Of a stretch of DNA of 64,000 nucleotides, positions 56,318 through 64,000 are shown piece after piece; position 1 is the first letter of the stretch, and each line of letters opens with the position of its first letter. The translations under genes were made by a program, and so were the position numbers. The stretch lies in NCBI GenBank assembly GCA_964016885.1, contig OZ024760.1, forward strand, positions 17,794,001-17,858,000, written 5' to 3'. The notes beneath the pieces were generated by a model. That model did not search any database. It saw only the letters and a program-made list of their open reading frames with translations, and was not told where the DNA came from. This DNA comes from Eledone cirrhosa (Eukaryota).

Positions 56318-57441
56318 GGGCGGTGGGTTGGCAGTATCGGTAGAGGGTCGGACGCCATGCTAGGGCGGTGGGTTGGCAGTATCGGTAGAGGGTCGGACGC
56401 CATGCTAGGGCGGTGGGTTGGCAGTATCGGTAGAGGGTCGGACGCCATGCTAGAGCGGTGGGTTGGCAGTATCGGTAGAGGGTCGGACGCCATGCTAGAG
56501 CGGTGGGTTGGCAGTATCGGTAGAGGGTCGGACGCCATGCTAGAGCGGTGGGTTGGCAGTATCGGTAGAGGGTCGGACGCCATGCTAGGGCGGTGGGTTG
56601 GCAGTATCGGTAGAGGGTCGGACGCCATGCTAGGGCGGTGGGTTGGCAGTATCGGTAGAGGGTCGGACGCCATGCTAGAGCGGTGGGTTGGCAGTATCGG
56701 TAGAGGGTCGGACGCCATGCTAGAGCGGTGGGTTGGCAGTATCGGTAGAGGGTCGGACGCCATGCTAGAGCGGTGGGTTGGCAGTATCGGTAGAGGGTCG
56801 GACGCCATGCTAGGGCGGTGGGTTGGCAGTATCGGTAGAGGGTCGGACGCCATGCTAGGGCGGTGGGTTGGCAGTATCGGTAGAGGGTCGGACGCCATGC
56901 TAGAGCGGTGGGTTGGCAGTATCGGTAGAGGGTCGGACGCCATGCTAGAGCGGTGGGTTGGCAGTATCGGTAGAGGGTCGGACGCCATGCTAGAGCGGTG
57001 GGTTGGCAGTATCGGTAGAGGGTCGGACGCCATGCTAGGGCGGTGGGTTGGCAGTATCGGTAGAGGGTCGGACGCCATGCTAGGGCGGTGGGTTGGCAGT
57101 ATCGGTAGAGGGTCGGACGCCATGCTAGAGCGGTGGGTTGGCAGTATCGGTAGAGGGTCGGACGCCATGCTAGAGCGGTGGGTTGGCAGTATCGGTAGAG
57201 GGTCGGACGCCATGCTAGAGCGGTGGGTTGGCAGTATCGGTAGAGGGTCGGACGCCATGCTAGGGCGGTGGGTTGGCAGTATCGGTAGAGGGTCGGACGC
57301 CATGCTAGGGCGGTGGGTTGGCAGTATCGGTAGAGGGTCGGACGCCATGCTAGAGCGGTGGGTTGGCAGTATCGGTAGAGGGTCAGACGCCATGCTAGGG
57401 CGGTGGGTTGGCAGTATCGGTAGAGGGTCGGACGCCATGCT
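56318..57441 (+). repeat. 25 x 45-bp tandem array of the SINE 5' head
   Basis: Unit g(g/a)gcggtgggttggcagtatcggtagagggtcggacgccatgcta; last unit continues into the SINE body to ~57620. Confidence 0.95.
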
Positions 57442-58092
57442 TTGCAGTATAGAGTTATGGCCCTTTATGATCTGAGTTCAAATCCCACCGAGGTTAACTT
57501 TGCCTTTCATCCTTACGGGGTCGATAAAATAAAGTACCAGTAATGCACTGAGGTGGATTTAATCGACTTTCCCCTCCCACAAAATTGATGGCCTTGTGCC
57601 TATATAAGAAACCATTATTAATCGTGGATTGGCAGTATCAGTGGAGCGTCGGACAACATGCTTTATGGCATAGAGTTACGGCCCTTTAAGTTCTGAGTTC
57701 AAATCCTACCGAGGTTAGCTTTACGTGTTATCTTTACGGGGGTCGATAAAATAAAGTACCAGTAATGCACTGGGGTTAATTTAATCGACTTGCCTTATTC
57801 CCCTTTGTTGTTAGTATAAAACTGGAACGCTCCTCGTCGCAACCGATGGAGATCCAACACAATTCCTATTGAATTCAATGTTAAATTCCTAGTCACCACC
57901 TCCCCCTTCTATCGACTCTATCCCCCCATCTCCTCCTTCGCCCATTTCTTCCCTCCTCCTCTCACCTCTTAAACACACCTCCCTCCTCCTTCACCTCCCC
58001 TCTTTCTCACCCTACCCTCACCTCTACTTAAACCTCCTGTCCCCCTCCCTCCTCTTGAACCCGTCTTCTGTAGCAACGAAAGCTGTCTCTCT

Positions 58093-58163
<71 letters not shown>

Positions 58164-59500
58164 GTAGTGTATATATATATATATAGTAGTGTATATATAT
58201 ATAGTAGTGTGTGTGTATATATATATATATACACTACTATTAACTGGTGTTCAGTTTGTGATCATGGAGTGTGAAATCAATTAAACACAAGACTAATAGT
58301 TCTTAAGACTATAACTCTTTTCTGCCTTCCCTTTCTTCCTTCCCTCTCTCCCTTCCCTCTCTCCCCCTCCCTTCTCCCTCACTTCTCCCCTCCTCCCATT
58401 TCCCCTCACAACACCAAAATAATTGTTTTTATTTTAGGCACAAGGCCAGTAATTTTCGGGTGGATGGAGAAAATCGACTAAATCGACCCAAGTGAGTTAC
58501 TGGTACTTTATTTTATCGACCCCGCAAGGATGAAAGGTAAAATTAACCTCGGTGGAATTTGAACTCAGAATGTAAAGGGTTGTAACTCTATTCCGCTAAG
58601 CAGAGTATCCGACGCTCTACCGATTCTGTCACCAAAATAATAAAATTTCAATGATTTAATTACTTCTAGCAATGTTGCCAGTAGGACAACGAAGTCGAGA
58701 TAAAATGGTTTGCGTTATTCGTTCGGGTTTTCTTTGCTTTGAGTTCAAATCCTATTGAGGTCAGCTTTACCTTTCATTCTTTCGAAGTCAATAAAATAAA
58801 ATACCAGTGAAATACTGACTTGCTTCTTCTCTCCCACCCGGATTTTTCTGACTTTGTGCCTAAATTAGAAATTATTTTAAAGGAGGTGGTAGATTAGCAA
58901 AGTCCTTAAAATGTCGGGCAAAATACTTTCTGGCATTCCGTTACGAATCTTTATATTCTAAGTTCAAATCCCACTGAGGTCAACTTTGTCTTTCATCCTT
59001 TTGAGCTCGATAAAAAAAGTATACGTTTATTGGGTGTGGGGGTCGATTCTTCTTCTATATCCCTTTCTCACTTCATCTTTATATTTTCTATCAGTCTCTC
59101 TTTTCTTCTGTGGAAGAAATCGGCTGTGTTCAGACTTGGAGAAGGGTGTGGGGTCTTTTGACTAGTTTAAAGTGCCCAAGACAAGCTGTATATCATGACG
59201 GCGCCCCTAAGACTCTATCAAGAGTTACGGGTCTACACATGCATACAAAGACTTCTAGTTCTTAAGAATATATTCCCTTCCTTCTTCCTTCCTGCCACCT
59301 ACAGAACTATAATTCTCAGACAAGGACGATATTTAATAAATTTTAATCACATCTATTCATAGATACAAATTAGGCGAAGAAGTGACAGGGCTGTTAAAAT
59401 GTGGGATAAAATTCCTTGCGGTATTTATTCCGGCCTTTTCCGCCCTGAGTTCGAATCCCACCAACTTTGTCTTTCATCCTTTAGAGAAGTCGATGTGTCA
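57442..59500. mobile_element. Cluster of main-family SINEs of varied age (57442-57620 +, 57623-57800 +, 58420-58630 -, 58675-58875 +, 58885-59050 +, 59375-59500 +)
   Basis: Repeated gagttcaaatcc..ctttcatcc..gtcgataaaa core. Confidence 0.8.
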
Positions 59501-59830
59501 ATAAATATATTATCAGGAAAATACTGAGGTTGATTCTTCCCCATTCTTTCTCTCCCTCTCTGGAAGTAATCGACTGTGTTGAGATATGAAGAGGGGTAGT
59601 CTCTGCTAGGTTTAAATGTCTAAGACACGTCTTGTGTCTCGACGGCGTTCCTAAGACTTCCCCAAGAGTTAAATGCCGCAGGATGGATAATATAAGCACG
59701 TTGTAACTTTTGAGCAAGACACGGTTTTCCGGGTTGCTCCACTCCACTCAGCTGCCAGAAACGCTTGAGCTATGATCAAAAGCGTTCCAGCCGGTGACCA
59801 CCCTTGTTTATTTTCAGGAATAGTATATAT

Positions 59831-59862
<32 letters not shown>

Positions 59863-59911
59863 AATGAAAGGTATAGAAAATATTGTAGCAAAAAACCAAC
59901 AGTATTCCATA

Positions 59912-59980
<69 letters not shown>

Positions 59981-59983
<3 letters not shown>

Positions 59984-60568
59984 TGGTACCTTGACTTATG
60001 AGTTTAATTCGTTTCGTGACTGAGCTCGTAGCTCAATTGCTGCAGCAAATCAGCGTAAATAGCTCGTGCCTTCACGCAGATTATAGTCTCCGTCACGGTA
60101 TCTCTTGCGGCCTGCTTCTCCATCAACCACACTATCAGCAGCTTTTCCATATTTTTCATGGATAGATGTCCGCTGTTTAGAAATTATTGTAACTCCCTTG
60201 GATGGGGTTATAGCCTTTATCGGCCCCTTCTGCTTCAGTATGGTGCAGATCGTAAAAGTGCTACGCTCGTACTGCTTCGCCAAGTCGACTACACGCATAC
60301 CGTGGTCGGTTTTCGATAATTTCTTTCTTTAATTTAATGCACATCATCCGTTTCTTCTTCTCAGCACTGTACTTCGCGCTCATTTTCTTCGGACCCATGG
60401 GATGCTGGGCGGTCATTACGGCGTTTCTGTGGCGGTCGCTACGCCAACTAACGGAGGGGTATCTGAAGCTGGCTCGTAACCCGAATCTTAGCTCGCAACT
60501 CAAAGCAAAAGATCGGCCGAGATACGAAAAGTCGTTAGTTGGGACACTCGTAAGTCAAGGTACCACTG
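59981..60568 (-). mobile_element. Internally deleted Tigger/pogo DNA transposon
   Basis: TIRs CAGTGGTACCTTGACTTA(T/C)GAGT at both ends, TA flanks; minus-strand MGPKK..KKEIIE..MRVVDLAKQYERSTFTICTILK CENP-B-type HTH, frameshifted. Confidence 0.9.
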
Positions 60569-61690
60569 TATATATGTCTACATTATTCTGTGTGTCCGTC
60601 CGTTACTAAGCTGCTATTTCCAGCCACTTCAGTGACTCGGGTGACCATGGTTCACAAACTGTACAACATTTTTCAAAATAGGCATTTATGTATATTAGCC
60701 TAGCACAAAATAGAGATATATACACATTTAGACAGGTATTTCGTGTCCTCAAAATATATATTGTAATAAAAGTGTTGTCTGTCCGTCCGTCCGTACCGCT
60801 GTCCGTCCGTCACGCTCACTTTATACAGAGAGTTGGGATCGCCAAGCGAAGGATATGTACATATACATATATATATATATAGAGAGAGAGAGAGAAAAGA
60901 GAACGACGTGTTTTTGAGGTGACAGAACGAGGCAGATGGACAGAAAGTTATGACGTCACCCTTATCTATATTGAGAGAGGGGGAGCGCCAAGCGAGAGAT
61001 ATGTACATAGAGAAAAGGAACGTCATTTGTTTAGAAAGGCGGAGAGAGAAAGGGTGCGTGTATGTATGTATGTATGTATGTATGTATGTATGTATGTATG
61101 TATGTATGTATGTATGTATGTATGTATGTATGTATGTATGTATGTGTGTGTGTGTGTTTGACAAAGAGGGAGGAGACGTCGTCCTCATTTAGTATTTTAT
61201 AATAAATGTACTGAAATGAAAATAAAAAAAAAGTTCGTCTCTTTTATTAGAGTTATCTCCCCTAAATAAAATTATATTTCCTTGAAAAATTTTATATTTT
61301 AGAACTTTTAGAGTTATGCCCCTTGATTATTTTTCAAAATATATTTAGAGTTATTTCCCTTGGACTAAAATATTCTGTAGGAACACTATTCACCGCATAT
61401 ACTCCAGTAAGAGACGACCTCCGTATATTTGGTAGAAAAAAAACCCTGGAATTTTCCCTAGACCTCGTATAAGAGTCAACCTTAGTAATTTAGAATAAAA
61501 TTTACTCAAGCATGTACCTACCTTGTGATTGTAGAGCTGTGATACGAAACACCCCGAATGGGTATCGGCCATGTTCACAGTATTACAGTAGATATATTAC
61601 CTATACAGTAATTCAATTTATTGTAGTAAGCTAGTCTGTTACGTTTGGTGGATACGAACAAAGGAGCAAGTGTATATAACGGTTTCAAAA

Positions 61691-61734
<44 letters not shown>

Positions 61735-61735
<1 letters not shown>

Positions 61736-61898
61736 GATATATATATATTTCAGGGATATCATATTAAAAATATGGTATGCCTTCATCAGACAAAATACAA
61801 TATAAACATCGTAAATATACTCCAAATACTTGTTGAGTGCTTTTATATCAGTTATAAATATTTACTCGTTGTAACCCAACAATTTAAATAAAACTTTG

Positions 61899-61900
<2 letters not shown>
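61735..61900 (-). mobile_element. Family A2 hammerhead-bearing insert
   Basis: CTGATGA at 61789-61783, aggcataccatatt..aatatgatatccct-GAAA-TATATA; homologous to 35400-35551; TA flanks. Confidence 0.7.
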
Positions 61901-61946
<46 letters not shown>

Positions 61947-61948
61947 GT

Positions 61949-61989
61949 CCGAGCTGAAGATCCGCATAAGGTGAAACAATTGTTCTTGG
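61949..61989 (+). ncRNA. Minimal type I hammerhead candidate
   Basis: ccgag-CTGAAGA-tcc gcataa ggt-GAAA-CAATTG-TT-cttgg, directly after (TA)n. Confidence 0.7.
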
Positions 61990-62483
61990 TATGGTGAACT
62001 AACTGTTGTGTTATTACTTTTATATATATATATATATATATATATGAAATTTCGTTTCATTTTTTCCGTTTATCGTTTTCGGTACCCCGGCCGATTAACT
62101 CACTCGATATACAAATTAGGCTGCTCAGCCGTTAATATGCATATGGAAAGTATATACTTTCAGACGTTCAATCATCTGGCAGGAAGGTATATGTTACTGA
62201 CAATAGTTAATAAGCTTGAAACTAGTACAGCGTTCCTTTGTCAGTGTTGAACAAATGAGCAACGATGGTTGCTAGACACTGTACGGCTTAATTACACACC
62301 GAACATTATAATAAATGTTCGGTGAATCCATACGTACATATATATATATATGTGTGCATGTATGTTTTGGACTTGAACATCTGAAACTACTTCGCTTTTA
62401 CTTATTCGATATTTACTCCGTCACTCCTATGTGGAAAAAGTACGTTGAGTGCTTGAATTGAATTGCATCAATATTTACCCTAA

Positions 62484-62536
<53 letters not shown>

Positions 62537-63149
62537 CACACTCTATTTCAAATGAAGTACAACAAATATACAAATATACAGGTCGTGAGTAAAGTGAAAA
62601 GTTCGATCTTGTTTAGTCAAAAATGATTTGTTTTGATTTTTGACAGTTTTTTTTCTTTTTATTATTATTATTATTATTATTTTACAAATATCTCAAACTT
62701 GATCAAGAATCCACGCAGCTATCTGAGCTTGCGTATACATGCATGTGTGTGTGTATGTGAGTGTGCTTTTAAGTCCATAGTGTGTGTGTATGTGTGAGTT
62801 TGTGTGAGTGTGCTTTTAAGTTAATAGTGTGTGAGTGTGTGTGTGCTTTTAAGCCCATAGTGTTTGCATGTGTATGTGTGAGTGTGTGTGAGTGTGCTTT
62901 TAAGTCGATAGTGTTTCTGTGTTCGTATGAGTGTGTATGAGTGTGCTTTTAAGTCCACAGTGTTTGCGTGTGCATGTGTATGTGTGTGTGTGTGCTTTAA
63001 AGCCCATAGTGTTTCTGTGTGCACGTGTATGTGTGTGTATGTGTGCAATTCTGCGCATGCATCTTTGAGTGCAGAGTACAGAGTTGAAATTGTTCAAATA
63101 ATTACTGAAGTGAAAAAAATGTTCTTTACATATCATTATTATTATTATT

Positions 63150-63806
63150 CTCTCATCAACTTCCTCAAGTTTCCCCTGGAAAGGAAGGTGGAGGTGGAGA
63201 GAGAAGTGCTGCCCCCCAGTACATTTGCTAAAAGGTGGATGAATGTGGCCCGTGTGAATGTGTGTGTGTGACAGCTCACACCTATGCTGGTTTAGCTGGC
63301 CTCCTCCACGGTATATCTCGTTGGAGGTGTCTTGGGTGATTTAATAACAGGGAGCCCAGTCCTATCATCTCATTTCTACAGCTGAGTAAACTGGAGCAAC
63401 GTGAAATAAAGTGTCTTGCTGAAGGAAACAATATATCACCCGGTCCGTGAATTGAACTCGCAACCTTTCGATTGCAAGCATCTTAACATGTGTGAATGGG
63501 CCTAATTTGACCATGCGCCTATAGGCTAGCTAATTTGAGGAGGAGAGGGGTGCTCTCCCCGGGTGCCCTAGAAGCGCAGGGTGGTTCAGGATTGGTGGGG
63601 TACCTGAGTCACCCCTGGGTCGTCCACACCCATATAGAGGAATTTATTTTGTTATATTTATGCATAGTTTATTTTATATTTTTTTATATCTTCATTGTTA
63701 AATTAGTCTTGCCATTGTGCACTTATACTCGACTTTATTGTAAACCCCCCACTGTCCCTGTTTTGTATTGTCCCCTACATGTCGGCCCTTGTGGCGAATA
63801 AATGAA
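63150..63806 (+). mobile_element. L1/Tx1-type 3' fragment with 18-bp flanking direct repeat and nested SINE piece (63368-63480, -)
   Basis: FLKFPLERKVEVEREVLPPSTFAKRWMNVARV; atcattattattattatt at 63132-63149 and 63807-63824. Confidence 0.75.
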
Positions 63807-63890
63807 ATCATTATTATTATTATTACTATCATGATCAACTCACAATTATCCTTGTTACCGTCGTAGCCGCCACAGCTGCCGTCACCACTG

Positions 63891-63951
<61 letters not shown>

Positions 63952-64000
63952 AATAGATAAGATATTAAAGAACCTGGTTTAAAACTATGAATGTTCCTAT

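Noticed and set aside
56299-57475. 372/379-aa ORFs and CRISPR-like regular array
   Set aside because: The 45-bp unit is a SINE head and a multiple of 3 without stops. There are no unique spacers or cas genes, and the context is eukaryotic.

Overview
Eukaryotic, repeat-saturated, almost entirely non-coding DNA. The SINE/LINE content and extreme (TA)n/(CA)n/(CAC)n load look like an octopod cephalopod genome (inference). The only plausible host coding sequence is a 69-codon open frame running off the left edge on the minus strand (208->1), resembling a glycosylated GPCR N-terminus. The rest is microsatellite, satellite, tRNA-derived SINEs, 3' fragments of RTE, L1/Tx1, CRE and R4-like LINEs, and Tc1/Tigger derivatives. 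Almost all ORFs in the supplied track are microsatellite artefacts. The main hidden signal is that many short 'unique' inserts inside or beside (TA)n tracts fold into type I hammerhead ribozymes (CUGANGA-stem II-GAAA-palindromic stem III-NUH-stem I). I count about 13 with intact or nearly intact cores, about 6 degenerate ones and about 7 half-ribozymes, from several families. They show covarying stems, some have very large stem II inserts, and several fold-back palindromes have centres inside ribozyme helices, consistent with Penelope-like/retrozyme-type elements. Other oddities are a 25x amplified SINE A-box head with a higher-order period, a head-to-head junction of two GGTTAGT satellites, a minisatellite born from RTE coding sequence, and a tRNA-armed foldback element. 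All structures were folded by eye and coordinates of repeat boundaries are approximate.
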